Assembly (NCBI GenBank): GCA_963830885.1
Contig: CAWHOA010000020.1
Coordinates: 3,707-67,706, forward strand
Direction of reading: 5' to 3'
From: an uncultured Actinomycetes bacterium
GTDB taxonomy: Bacteria > Actinomycetota > Thermoleophilia > Gaiellales > Gaiellaceae
Length of the DNA stretch: 64,000 nt
Shown: positions 9,793 to 20,534 of the stretch, piece after piece
Layout of the letters: every line of letters starts with the position of its first letter
Position numbering within the stretch: position 1 is the stretch's first letter
Notes under the pieces: model-generated
Told to the model about the DNA's origin: nothing
Database searches by the model: none
What the model saw: the letters and a program-made list of their open reading frames with translations, nothing else
Program-made: the position numbers and the translations under genes

Positions 9793-12208
9793 GGAGCCGA
9801 CCTACCGTCCGGAGGACGTCGAGCGCCGCTGGCAGGAGGCCTGGGAGGCCGAAGGTCTCTACCGGGCCGGCGCCGGAAAGCGACGGGACGAGACCTTCGT
9901 CATCGCGGTGCCTCCGCCCAACGTGACCGGTGCGCTGCACATGGGCCACGCCCTGAACGGGTCCCTCCAGGACGTGCTCATCAGATGGCACCGCATGCGC
10001 GGCTTCGACACGCTCTGGCAGCCCGGCTACGACCACGCCGGGATCTCGACGCAGAACGTCGTCGAGAAGCAGCTCGTCGCCGAAGGCACCTCCCGCAAGG
10101 AGATCGGCCGCGAGGCCTTCGTCGAGCGCGTGTGGCGGCACCTCGAGGAGACGGGCAGGACGATCATGGCGCAGTACCGGCGCCTCGGCGCCTCGCTCGC
10201 CTACGACCGCGAGCGCTTCACCATGGATCCCAGCTATGTCGAGGCGGTGATGCGCTTCTTCGTCCACTGCTGGGAGCGCGGCTGGATGTACCGGGCGAAC
10301 CGCGTGGTCAACTGGTGCCCCTTCCATGAGACTGCGATCTCCGACCTCGAGGTCGTCCACGAGCCGATGGACGACACGCTCGTCTTCGCGCGCTATCCCT
10401 TCGCGGACGGATCGGGCTCGATCACGGTTGCCACCGTCCGCCCGGCGACCATGCTCGCCGACGTCGCGGTGGCGGTGCACCCTGAGGACGAGCGCTATCG
10501 CGACGCCGTCGGAAGGGAGGTCGTCGTGCCGTTCGTGGAGCGGGCCGTGCCGGTGGTCGCCGACGACCTGGTCGAGCCCGAGTTCGGCACGGGCGCGCTC
10601 AAGGTCACGCCGGGCCACGATCCCGTCGACTTCGAGATTGGGCGGCGGCACGACCTGCCGGTGCTGACCGTGATCGGCCTGGACGGTCGGATGAACGAGG
10701 CCGCCGGCGAGCTCGCCGGCCTGACGCAGAAGGAGGCCGACGAGGCCGTTGTCGCCTGGCTCAGGGAGCGCGATCTGCTGGAGAAGCGCGAGCCCTATCG
10801 CCACAACGTCGGCACCTGCGAGCGCTGCCACACGCGCATCGAGCCCCTGGTCTCGCTCCAGTGGTGGCTCGCCATGGAGGAGCCGCGCAAGCCGGCGCTT
10901 GCCGCGCTCGTCGAGCGGCGCGTTCGCTACCACCCGGAGTCGCAGCATCAGTTCGCCGTGCGCTCGCTCGAGGAGATCCCGGACTGGAACGTCTCGCGGC
11001 AGCTCTGGTGGGGACATCAGCTCCCGATCTGGTACTGCCCGGACGGCCACGCCTCCTGCGCCTGGCCGCCGCCGGACGCGTGCGCGGAGTGCGGCTCCGG
11101 CGAGCTCACGCGCGACCCCGACGTGCTCGACACGTGGTTCTCGTCGGCGCTCTGGCCGTTCGCGACGCTCGGCTGGCCTGAGGACACCGAGGACCTCCGC
11201 CGCTACTACCCCGGGGACGTCAACTCGACAGCGAGGGAGATCATCCGCCTCTGGGAGAACCGCATGGTCTGGACCGGGATCGAGCTCGTCGGCGACATTC
11301 CCTTCCACGACGTGATCGTCCACTCGACCGTGCTGGCGCCCGACGGGCGCCGCATGTCGAAGAGCCTTGGCACCGGCATCGACCCGCTGGAGATGATCGA
11401 CGCGCACGGCGCCGACGCGACCCGCTACGGGCTCCTGAAGATTTCGTCCACCCAGGACGTGCGCTTTTCTGAAGGCGCCCTGGCGGAGGGCTGGAAGCTC
11501 GCCGTGAAGCTCTGGAACGTCTCGCGGCTCGTCCTTGCCAACGCGGCCGGGGCCGAGCCCGAGGCGCGGCCGCGGTCTCTCGAGGAGCGCTGGATCATCG
11601 CCCGCCTCGACGTGGCTCGCGCCGCGGTGGAGGAGGCCTGGGCCCGGTTCGACTTCTCGGCGGGGGTGAAGGCCCTGTACGGCCTCACGTTCGACGACTT
11701 CTGCGACTGGTACGCCGAGGCCATCAAGCCGCGGCTCTACGAGGACGACCGCGACGCGGCCGCCACCGCGCTGTTCGCCCTCGAGCGGCTGCTCGCGCTC
11801 CTGCATCCGGTCATGCCGCACGTCACCGAGGAGATCTGGGCGCAGCTGCCCGGCCGCGAGGCGCGCCTGATCGTCTCGCCCTGGCCGGAGCCCGACTCCC
11901 GCTTCGCCGAGGACGCAAGCGCCCTGGAGCGCGTCCGCGAGGCGGCCGAGATCGCCAGGCGGAGCGGCGTGGTCGTCGATCTTCCCGAGGACGAGCGCCG
12001 GATCTTCGACGCCGTCGTGCGCAAGGAGCAGCTCCCTCTGAACGGCAGCCGCGAGGGTGAGATCGAGCGGCTCCGGAAGGAGGTCGCCCGCTCCGAGGGG
12101 ATGCTCGAGAACGACAACTTCGTCGCGAACGCGCCGTCCGAGGTGGTCGAGGGCGAGCGCGAGAAGCTGGCCCGCTACCGGCGCGAGCTCGATGCGCTCG
12201 GCGGGTGA
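9791..12208 (+). CDS. valS: valine--tRNA ligase
   Basis: PPPNVTGALHMGHALN (HIGH), RRMSKSLGTG (KMSKS), and C-terminal coiled coil NDNFVANAPSEVVEGEREKLARYRREL. Confidence 0.95.
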   Translation: MEPTYRPEDVERRWQEAWEAEGLYRAGAGKRRDETFVIAVPPPNVTGALHMGHALNGSLQDVLIRWHRMRGFDTLWQPGYDHAGISTQNVVEKQLVAEGTSRKEIGREAFVERVWRHLEETGRTIMAQYRRLGASLAYDRERFTMDPSYVEAVMRFFVHCWERGWMYRANRVVNWCPFHETAISDLEVVHEPMDDTLVFARYPFADGSGSITVATVRPATMLADVAVAVHPEDERYRDAVGREVVVPFVERAVPVVADDLVEPEFGTGALKVTPGHDPVDFEIGRRHDLPVLTVIGLDGRMNEAAGELAGLTQKEADEAVVAWLRERDLLEKREPYRHNVGTCERCHTRIEPLVSLQWWLAMEEPRKPALAALVERRVRYHPESQHQFAVRSLEEIPDWNVSRQLWWGHQLPIWYCPDGHASCAWPPPDACAECGSGELTRDPDVLDTWFSSALWPFATLGWPEDTEDLRRYYPGDVNSTAREIIRLWENRMVWTGIELVGDIPFHDVIVHSTVLAPDGRRMSKSLGTGIDPLEMIDAHGADATRYGLLKISSTQDVRFSEGALAEGWKLAVKLWNVSRLVLANAAGAEPEARPRSLEERWIIARLDVARAAVEEAWARFDFSAGVKALYGLTFDDFCDWYAEAIKPRLYEDDRDAAATALFALERLLALLHPVMPHVTEEIWAQLPGREARLIVSPWPEPDSRFAEDASALERVREAAEIARRSGVVVDLPEDERRIFDAVVRKEQLPLNGSREGEIERLRKEVARSEGMLENDNFVANAPSEVVEGEREKLARYRRELDALGG

Positions 12209-13328
12209 GCACGTCGCCTGGCTGGAGGCGCTGAGCCCCTGGCCGGAGGAGTTCGGGGTCGGGAGGATGCGCGAGCTCCTGCGGCGTCTCGGCAACCCGG
12301 AGCGCGGGCTCAGGGCGATCCACGTGGTGGGGACGAACGGCAAGACGACGACGGCCCGCGCGGCCGAGGCGTTGCTCCTCGCCGAGGACATCCGCCCGGG
12401 CGTCTACACGTCGCCGCACGTCGTCTCCTGGGCCGAGCGGGTGCGCGTGGGCGGAGAGAACGCGGACCTCGACGCCGTCCTCGCGCGCGTGCGCGAGGAG
12501 GCGGAGGCGGTCGGCGCGACCCAGTTCGAGGCGCTGACCGCGGCCGCGCTCGCCGAATTCGCGGCCTCCGAAGTGGACGTCGTAGTCGTCGAGGCCGGCC
12601 TGGGCGGGCGTCACGACGCGACCAACGTCCTCGACGCACGCGTCGTCGTCCTCACGAACGTCTCCCTGGAGCACACGGATGTCCTCGGCTCCACGCGCGA
12701 GGAGATCGCGGCGGAGAAGCTCGCGGTCGTCCGGCCCGGCGCGCTCGTCGTGCTCGGCGAGCCGGAGTGGGAGCAGGCCGCGCGCGCTGCCGGGGCCGGC
12801 GGCGTCACCGTCGTCGCGGGGTCGGACAACGCGCTCGCGCATGCGGCGGTCGAGTCGTTCCTCGGCCGCACCGTCGACCCGGCGCCGCTCGACGGAGTGG
12901 TCGTCCCGGGCCGGCTCGAGCGCGTGGGCGAGGCGCCGCTGGAGATCTGGGACGGCGCGCACAACCTCGCCGCGGCCGGCTACCTCCTCACGCGCGTCCC
13001 GCGCGCGGACTGGGTGGTCGTCGCCTCGATCTTGGCCGACAAGGACGCCGCCGGGATGCTCGCGGCGCTGTCGCCGTTGGGCGGGCGGCTCGTGGCGACG
13101 TCGTCGTCGAGCCCGCGTGCGCTTCCCGCGGGCGAGCTCGCCGCGCTCGGGCGGCCGTTCTTCGGGCACGTCGAGGCCGTCTCGGAGCCGGCCGCGGCGC
13201 TCGCGCGCGGGCGCGAGCTGGCGGGCGAGGACGGCGCCCTGCTCGTCACCGGCTCCCTCTACTTCCTTGCGGACCTGGCCTCCGTCCGCCCGTCGTGTCT
13301 ACCATGGCAAGCGTCGGCGAGCGGCTGA
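12192..13328 (+). CDS. folC: bifunctional folylpolyglutamate synthase / dihydrofolate synthase
   Basis: IHVVGTNGKTTTARAAEALL P-loop, VVVEAGLGGRHDATNV and WDGAHNLAAAGYL. ATG at 12192 overlaps the valS end. Confidence 0.9.
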   Translation: MRSAGEHVAWLEALSPWPEEFGVGRMRELLRRLGNPERGLRAIHVVGTNGKTTTARAAEALLLAEDIRPGVYTSPHVVSWAERVRVGGENADLDAVLARVREEAEAVGATQFEALTAAALAEFAASEVDVVVVEAGLGGRHDATNVLDARVVVLTNVSLEHTDVLGSTREEIAAEKLAVVRPGALVVLGEPEWEQAARAAGAGGVTVVAGSDNALAHAAVESFLGRTVDPAPLDGVVVPGRLERVGEAPLEIWDGAHNLAAAGYLLTRVPRADWVVVASILADKDAAGMLAALSPLGGRLVATSSSSPRALPAGELAALGRPFFGHVEAVSEPAAALARGRELAGEDGALLVTGSLYFLADLASVRPSCLPWQASASG

Positions 13329-13417
13329 GCGTCTTCGTGCTCGCCGCGATCGTGCTCTTCGCGATCGTGGCGATTGCGTTCGGCGCAGGGTGGTTCGTTG
13401 GGAAGATCTTGTTGTGA
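13304..13417 (+). CDS. 37-aa single-TM microprotein (hypothetical)
   Basis: MASVGERLSVFVLAAIVLFAIVAIAFGAGWFVGKILL. Nearly all G/C at third positions. Its stop overlaps the next start (GTGA). Confidence 0.45.
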   Translation: MASVGERLSVFVLAAIVLFAIVAIAFGAGWFVGKILL

Positions 13418-13941
13418 CGCGTCTACACCTCCTACTCGCGCAGACGACCACCACGGACGACAGCGATCCGCTGGACTTCGCCAGCGACTTCTTCGACTCG
13501 GAGGAGTGGCTCGTCGTCCGCAACGTGACGCTGTTCTTCCTGGTCGTCTTCTGGCTGGCGTCGGCGTACTGGGTCTACAAGGACGCGCGCCGCCGCATCG
13601 AGGACCCGTGGCTCCTGGCGATGGCGGTGGCGCTGGGCATCTTCCCGCCGTTCGTCGGTCCGCTCCTGTACATGTTCTTCCGCCCGCCCGAGTACCTCGA
13701 GGACGTCCGCGAGCGCGACCTCGAGATCCGGGCGATGGAGGACAGCATGGACGTGGCCGAGCGCTGCCCGGTCTGTCGGGCCGCGATCGAGCCGACCTTC
13801 CTGGCCTGCCCCGTCTGCACGACGAAGCTGAAGGAGTCGTGCCGGCGCTGCAAGGCCCCGCTCGAGCCGCTCTGGCAGATGTGCCCCTTCTGCGAGACCC
13901 CGGTCGAGTCTCCGCGCGCGGTCGAGAACCTCTCGGGCTGA
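13414..13941 (+). CDS. membrane protein with PLDc_N-like TM domain and C-terminal double zinc ribbon
   Basis: YWVYKDARRRIEDPWLLAMAVALGIFPPFVGPLLYMFFRP, then CPVCRAAIEPTFLACPVCTTKLKESCRRCKAPLEPLWQMCPFCETP. Confidence 0.7.
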   Translation: MTRLHLLLAQTTTTDDSDPLDFASDFFDSEEWLVVRNVTLFFLVVFWLASAYWVYKDARRRIEDPWLLAMAVALGIFPPFVGPLLYMFFRPPEYLEDVRERDLEIRAMEDSMDVAERCPVCRAAIEPTFLACPVCTTKLKESCRRCKAPLEPLWQMCPFCETPVESPRAVENLSG

Positions 13942-13955
13942 GATAACCTGACCGC

Positions 13956-14150
13956 GTGGTGGTCCTCCTCGCGCAGCACGCGATGGACGAGGACAGCGGG
14001 TCGCTCGCGATCACGCTGGTCGCGCTCGTCGCAATGCTTGTTCCCTGGTTCGTGCTCGGGTACATCTCCTGGATCTTCTGGAAGGCCAAGAAGCGCGACG
14101 ACGCGCAAGCCCGCAAACAGGACGCATGGCGGAACGCACGCTCGTCCTGA
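13956..14150 (+). CDS. 64-aa single-TM protein with basic tail (hypothetical)
   Basis: [40 protein letters not shown]. High GC3. Overlaps the ndk start. Alternative ATG at 13983. Confidence 0.45.
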   Translation: MVVLLAQHAMDEDSGSLAITLVALVAMLVPWFVLGYISWIFWKAKKRDDAQARKQDAWRNARSS

Positions 14151-14542
14151 TCAAGCCGGACGCGATGCAGCGCAGGCTCGCGGGCGAGATCCTCGCCCGT
14201 TTCGAGCAGCGCGGGCTGACCGTGCGGGCGGCGAAGCTCGTCCTGGTCGACGAGGCGCTGGCCGACGCGCACTACGCGGAACACCGCGAGAAGCCGTTCT
14301 TCGGTGAGCTCGTCGAGTTCATCACCTCCTCGCCGACGCTGGCGCTCGTGCTCGAGGGGGCCTCGGCGATCCAGGTCGTGCGGACGACTATGGGTGCGAC
14401 GAACCCGGTCGACTCGGCTCCTGGGACGATCCGCGGTGACCTCGCGCTCGCGATGCCGGACAACCTCGTGCACGGCTCGGACTCGCCGACGTCGGCAGAG
14501 CGCGAGATCGCGCTCTGGTTCTCCGACGGCGAGCTTGTCTGA
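14126..14542 (+). CDS. ndk: nucleoside-diphosphate kinase
   Basis: [31 protein letters not shown]...[20 protein letters not shown]. Confidence 0.97.
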   Translation: MAERTLVLIKPDAMQRRLAGEILARFEQRGLTVRAAKLVLVDEALADAHYAEHREKPFFGELVEFITSSPTLALVLEGASAIQVVRTTMGATNPVDSAPGTIRGDLALAMPDNLVHGSDSPTSAEREIALWFSDGELV

Positions 14543-15140
14543 GCTTCAGGATCCGGCTCCGGCGCCCTCGCTGCTCCTGGCCTCGACCTCGCCGCAGCGG
14601 CGGGCCATCCTCGAGGAGCTCGGGCTCCCCTTCGAGGTGGTCGCACCCAGGTACGAGGAGCGGGACGACGACGGCCTGGCGCCCGCGGAGCTCGTGCGCG
14701 CGCACGCCGCCGGCAAGGCGCGGTCAGTGGCCGGGGAGGCGGCGGGCCGCGTCGTGCTCGGCGTCGACACCGCCGTGGTCGTGGACGGGCGCGTTCTCGG
14801 GAAGCCCGCGGACGGGCGCGAGGCGGGCGAGATGCTGGCGCTCCTCTCGGGGCGCCCGCACGTGGTCGTCTCCGGGCTCTGCCTGCTCGGCGCAGGCTGG
14901 GAGGCCGTCGAGCACGAGGAGACGTGGGTCGAGTTCCGGCGGCTGTCCCAAGAGGAGATCGACGCGTACGTCGCCACCGGGGAGTGGGAGGGCCGGGCGG
15001 GCGGCTATGCCATCCAGTCCCGAGGCGCCGCCCTCGTCGAGCGCGTTGAAGGCGACTACCTGAACGTCGTCGGCCTCCCGGCCGCCCTCCTGGTCAGCCT
15101 CCTCGCCGAGCGCTTCCCCGGCGCCTACGGCATCGGCTAG
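14535..15140 (+). CDS. maf: Maf-like nucleoside triphosphate pyrophosphatase
   Basis: [24 protein letters not shown]...[19 protein letters not shown]...[33 protein letters not shown] start at 14535 overlaps the ndk stop. Confidence 0.85.
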   Translation: MSELQDPAPAPSLLLASTSPQRRAILEELGLPFEVVAPRYEERDDDGLAPAELVRAHAAGKARSVAGEAAGRVVLGVDTAVVVDGRVLGKPADGREAGEMLALLSGRPHVVVSGLCLLGAGWEAVEHEETWVEFRRLSQEEIDAYVATGEWEGRAGGYAIQSRGAALVERVEGDYLNVVGLPAALLVSLLAERFPGAYGIG

Positions 15141-15143
15141 TCC

Positions 15144-16958
<1,815 letters not shown>

Positions 16959-17018
16959 AACGCACGCCTGCTGCCGGTTCACGCACGCCGGGCGATTCAC
17001 TACACTGGTCTCGTTCCC

Positions 17019-18026
17019 GTGCCTCGGCAACGAACAGCACGGCTTCCAGTGCTGGACGCTCCCGTCCGGCGCGGTGACGGCCCTCCCTCGCGACCGGGAC
17101 GCGCTTTCAGAGCGCGGCTCGTCGCGGCTGTCCTCGTGCTCGTGTCGCTCGGCCTGATCACCGTCTACTTCCGGGAGGCGAACGACGGCCCCCTGCACGC
17201 CGCCCAGCGCATCGGCGTGTCCGTCCTCATGCCCTTCGAGGTCGCCGGCGAGCGCGTCGCCCGGCCGTTCCGTGACGGCTGGGCGTGGATGTCCGACCTC
17301 CTCGATGCCAAGGACGAGAACGAGGAGCTGCGCCAGGAGAACGAGGAGCTCCGTCGTGAGGTGATCGAGGCCCGCTCGGCGGCTCGGGAGCTCGAGCTTC
17401 AAGGCACGATCGCCGCCTACATCTCCGGCCCCCGCTTCCCGACCGACTTCGAGCCCGTGGTCGCGCGCATCATCGGTCGGCCGCCCACGCCCTACCAGCA
17501 GGAAGTGATCGTCTCGGCGGGCTCGGACGACGGCATCCGCAGGAACGCGCCGGTCGTGTCGGAGGAAGGCAACCTCGTGGGCAAGGTCACCGACGTGACC
17601 GACTCGACGGCTCGGATCACCCTGATCACGGACCAGTCGAGCTCGGTCTCCGCCGTCGTGGACGAGACCGAGGCTTCAGGCGTCGTCAGGCACGGCGCGA
17701 GCGCGTCTTCGCTCATCCTCGACCGCGTCGAGAAGGACGAGATGGTCGAGGAGCGCAACACCGTGATCACGGCAGGGTGGACGACCGACCGGTTCGAGTC
17801 GCTCTTCCCGCCAGGGATCCCGATCGGCGTCGTCGAGTCCGTCGGCCAGCAGGACGTCGACCTCTTCAAGCGGATCCAGATCGCGCCGCTCGTCGACTTC
17901 GACTCGCTCGCCGCGGTGGTCGTCCTGATCGAGAAGGAGCGCCCCGCGCAGAGCCGGCAGAACACTGGCCAGGGCCAGCAGGGGAACGGCGCCGGGAGGC
18001 GGCAGGAGACGACGTCGCGGCCGTGA
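17019..18026 (+). CDS. mreC: rod shape-determining protein MreC
   Basis: N-terminal TM segment, coiled coil DENEELRQENEELRREVIEARSAAREL, and GIRRNAPVVSEEGNLVGKVTDVTDSTARITLITD. Confidence 0.85.
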   Translation: MPRQRTARLPVLDAPVRRGDGPPSRPGRAFRARLVAAVLVLVSLGLITVYFREANDGPLHAAQRIGVSVLMPFEVAGERVARPFRDGWAWMSDLLDAKDENEELRQENEELRREVIEARSAARELELQGTIAAYISGPRFPTDFEPVVARIIGRPPTPYQQEVIVSAGSDDGIRRNAPVVSEEGNLVGKVTDVTDSTARITLITDQSSSVSAVVDETEASGVVRHGASASSLILDRVEKDEMVEERNTVITAGWTTDRFESLFPPGIPIGVVESVGQQDVDLFKRIQIAPLVDFDSLAAVVVLIEKERPAQSRQNTGQGQQGNGAGRRQETTSRP

Positions 18027-18544
18027 GCGCTCTCGATCCCCTGAAGGCGGGAGGGCTCGTCCTACTCGCTGCGCTCGTTCAGATCTCGCTGGCCGAATGG
18101 ATCGAGATCGGCGAGGGTCACCCGGACGTCGTCCTCGTCACGCTGGTCGCGGTCTCGCTCCTGCGCGGGCCGATGTACGGCTCGGTTCTCGGGTTCTTGG
18201 CCGGTCTCGTGCTCGACACCGCCTCGTTCGGGACGTTCGGCCTGACCTCGCTCCTGCTCACCGTGATCGGCTACGCGACCGGCCGCTTCGGCGAGGCGAC
18301 GACCCGCTCGTCCGCGCACCCGCTCCTGATCGCGGTCGCGCTCGCGTCGATCGGCTTCACCCTCGGCTCCGCCGTCCTCCACTTCATGCTCGGCGTCTCG
18401 ATCCCCGCCTCGCAGCTCTTCCTCGCCGTCCTCCTGCCGGGCCTGGCGTTCAACCTGCTCCTTGCCTATCCGCTCTACGCGCTCTGCGCCCGCATCCTGC
18501 CGCCGAGCCTGGTCGTGCGCCGGGAGGTGAAGCCGGCTGTCTAG
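18023..18544 (+). CDS. mreD: rod shape-determining protein MreD
   Basis: Polytopic hydrophobic 173-aa product. The GTGA overlaps the mreC stop. Lies in the canonical mreBCD position. Confidence 0.75.
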   Translation: MSALDPLKAGGLVLLAALVQISLAEWIEIGEGHPDVVLVTLVAVSLLRGPMYGSVLGFLAGLVLDTASFGTFGLTSLLLTVIGYATGRFGEATTRSSAHPLLIAVALASIGFTLGSAVLHFMLGVSIPASQLFLAVLLPGLAFNLLLAYPLYALCARILPPSLVVRREVKPAV

Positions 18545-18548
18545 CACG

Positions 18549-20522
18549 GTGAACGACCACGGCCGCCGGCCCGGCTTCCTGCCTCCCGACCCGCGCGTCG
18601 AGGAGCCCTACCGCTTCAACCCCCAGATGGCGCTGCGCGTCGGCATCCTCGGCGTTCTCGCGGTGGTCGTCTTCTGCGCGCTCTTCTTCCGCCTGTGGGC
18701 GCTGCAGGTGATCTCCGGCGAGCGCTATCTGGAGAACGCGAACAACAACCAGATCCGCAGCTTCGGCGTGGCCGCGCCGCGCGGCTCGATCGTCGACCGT
18801 GACGGAGACACGCTCGTCTCCAACAAGCCGGGCACGCAGATACAGATCTGGCCGGCGGCCCTCGAGCGGCTCCCCGTCGAGGAGCGTGACGCGATGCTGC
18901 GTCGCCTGGCGCGGCTGCTCGAGCTCAAGGTGCCCGCCGTCCGCGACAAGGTCGAGGAGCGCCTGGAGAGCGACCCGCTCACTCCCGTCACGATCGACAC
19001 GAGCGTGGGCGAGCTCAAGACCGCCTACCTGATGGAGCATCAGGGCGACTTCCCCGGCGTCCAGATCACCGAGACGTACCTGCGGAGCTACGAGCAAGGG
19101 GTCCTGGCCCCGCACATCCTCGGCTACGTCGGCGAGATCGACGCCGAGCAGCTCGAGGCGAAGGCCGATCAGGGCTACCGGTCGGGCGACCGCATCGGGA
19201 AGACCGGGATCGAGGCCGTCTACGACACGTACCTGCGCGGGGTGCGCGGCGAGGGGCGCGTGTTCGTCGACGCACTCGGCCGGATCACGAGCGAGCGCGA
19301 GTTCAGCCAGCTGCCCGAGCCCGGCGACAACATCCGGCTGACGATCGACGCCGACCTCCAACGCGCCTCCGAGGAGGCGCTGGAGTACGGGATCCGCCTG
19401 GCGCACGACCAGGACGAGTGGGCCGCGGACGGGGGCGCGCTCGTCGCGCTGGACGTGAACACCGGGGAGATCCTCGCCCTGGCCTCCAACCCGACGTTCG
19501 ACCCGGGCATCTACGTCGGCCGCGTCGAGGAGAAGGACCTGAAGGCGCTCGCAGCCAAGAGCGCGAACCACCCGACGCTGAACCGCGCCGTCGCCGGCCT
19601 CTACCCGCCCGGCTCCACGTTCAAGCCGTTCGTCGCGCTCGCGGCGCTGGAGGAGGGTCTGCTCGGGCGGGACGAGTACATCCAGTGCACCGGCGAGGAG
19701 GTCATCGACGGGCAGACCTTCTCCAACTGGGATCCGTACAAGAACGAGCCCATGACCGTCTCGACCGCGCTCGCCAACTCCTGCGACACCTTCTTCTACA
19801 ACGTCGCCCTCCGCTTCTACGAGCGGAAGGACTCGCCGCTGCAGCGCTGGTCGCGCGCGATGGGCTTCGGCGCGGGCACCGGGATCGATCTGGGGCCGGA
19901 GGCGGAGGGGCTCGTGCCGACGCCGGCCTGGCGGCGGAGGACGTTCAAGACCGAGATCGACAAGATCTGGACGAGCGGCGACTCCGTCCAGCTCGCCATC
20001 GGCCAGGGCGACCTGCTCGTCAGCCCGCTGCAGATGACGCGGGCCTACGCGATGATCGCCAACGGCGGGAAACTCGTGGAGCCGCACCTCGTCAAGAGCG
20101 TCGAGGAGCCGCGAAACGAGGGCGAGCCGCCGGTCGTGCTGCGCCCGTACACGCCGAAGCCCGCGCGCGAGCTCGGCCTCGACCCGAACGGGGTGCAGGT
20201 CGTCCAGCAGGCGCTGTACGACGCGACGCACGCGACCTACGGCACGTCACAGGCGGTCTTCGGCAGCTTCCCGGTGCCGATTGCCGGCAAGACCGGCACG
20301 GCCGAGAAGTTCGTCACGCTCCCCGGCTTCGAGGGTCTCCGCGACCAGTCGTGGTGGTGCGGCTACGGGCCCTACGAGGCGCCCGAGATCGCCGTCTGCG
20401 CCCTGATCGAGAACGGTGGGCACGGCGGCACCGCGGCGGCGCCGACCGCCCTGAAGGTCTTCGAGAAGTACTTCAACGTCGAGCCGGGCAGCTACAGCGC
20501 CGTGGTCCAGCAAAGCGACTAG
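18549..20522 (+). CDS. mrdA: penicillin-binding protein 2 (elongation transpeptidase)
   Basis: LYPPGSTFKPFVALAALEEG (SxxK), LANSCDTFFY (SxN) and GKTGTAEK (KTG). Confidence 0.9.
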   Translation: MNDHGRRPGFLPPDPRVEEPYRFNPQMALRVGILGVLAVVVFCALFFRLWALQVISGERYLENANNNQIRSFGVAAPRGSIVDRDGDTLVSNKPGTQIQIWPAALERLPVEERDAMLRRLARLLELKVPAVRDKVEERLESDPLTPVTIDTSVGELKTAYLMEHQGDFPGVQITETYLRSYEQGVLAPHILGYVGEIDAEQLEAKADQGYRSGDRIGKTGIEAVYDTYLRGVRGEGRVFVDALGRITSEREFSQLPEPGDNIRLTIDADLQRASEEALEYGIRLAHDQDEWAADGGALVALDVNTGEILALASNPTFDPGIYVGRVEEKDLKALAAKSANHPTLNRAVAGLYPPGSTFKPFVALAALEEGLLGRDEYIQCTGEEVIDGQTFSNWDPYKNEPMTVSTALANSCDTFFYNVALRFYERKDSPLQRWSRAMGFGAGTGIDLGPEAEGLVPTPAWRRRTFKTEIDKIWTSGDSVQLAIGQGDLLVSPLQMTRAYAMIANGGKLVEPHLVKSVEEPRNEGEPPVVLRPYTPKPARELGLDPNGVQVVQQALYDATHATYGTSQAVFGSFPVPIAGKTGTAEKFVTLPGFEGLRDQSWWCGYGPYEAPEIAVCALIENGGHGGTAAAPTALKVFEKYFNVEPGSYSAVVQQSD

Positions 20523-20534
20523 ACACCCCTCCAG

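Noticed and set aside
9746-12391. Very long antisense or alternative-frame ORFs. Examples: 9746..12391 (881 aa, opposite valS), 32909..35308 (opposite leuS), 37278..40019 (opposite comEC), 20247..22520, and 19418..22099.
   Set aside because: Their translations are Arg/Pro/Gly/Ala-rich low-complexity strings with no recognisable motifs. Each fully overlaps a gene with clear family signatures. Stop-poor alternative frames are expected in very GC-rich DNA.
12679-13941. 420-aa ORF (and the 216-aa ORF 12767..13417) overlapping folC.
   Set aside because: Only the last 175 aa (37 aa for the second ORF) have membrane or zinc-ribbon features and lie outside folC. The upstream parts are Arg/Ser/Pro-rich alternative-frame translation of folC.
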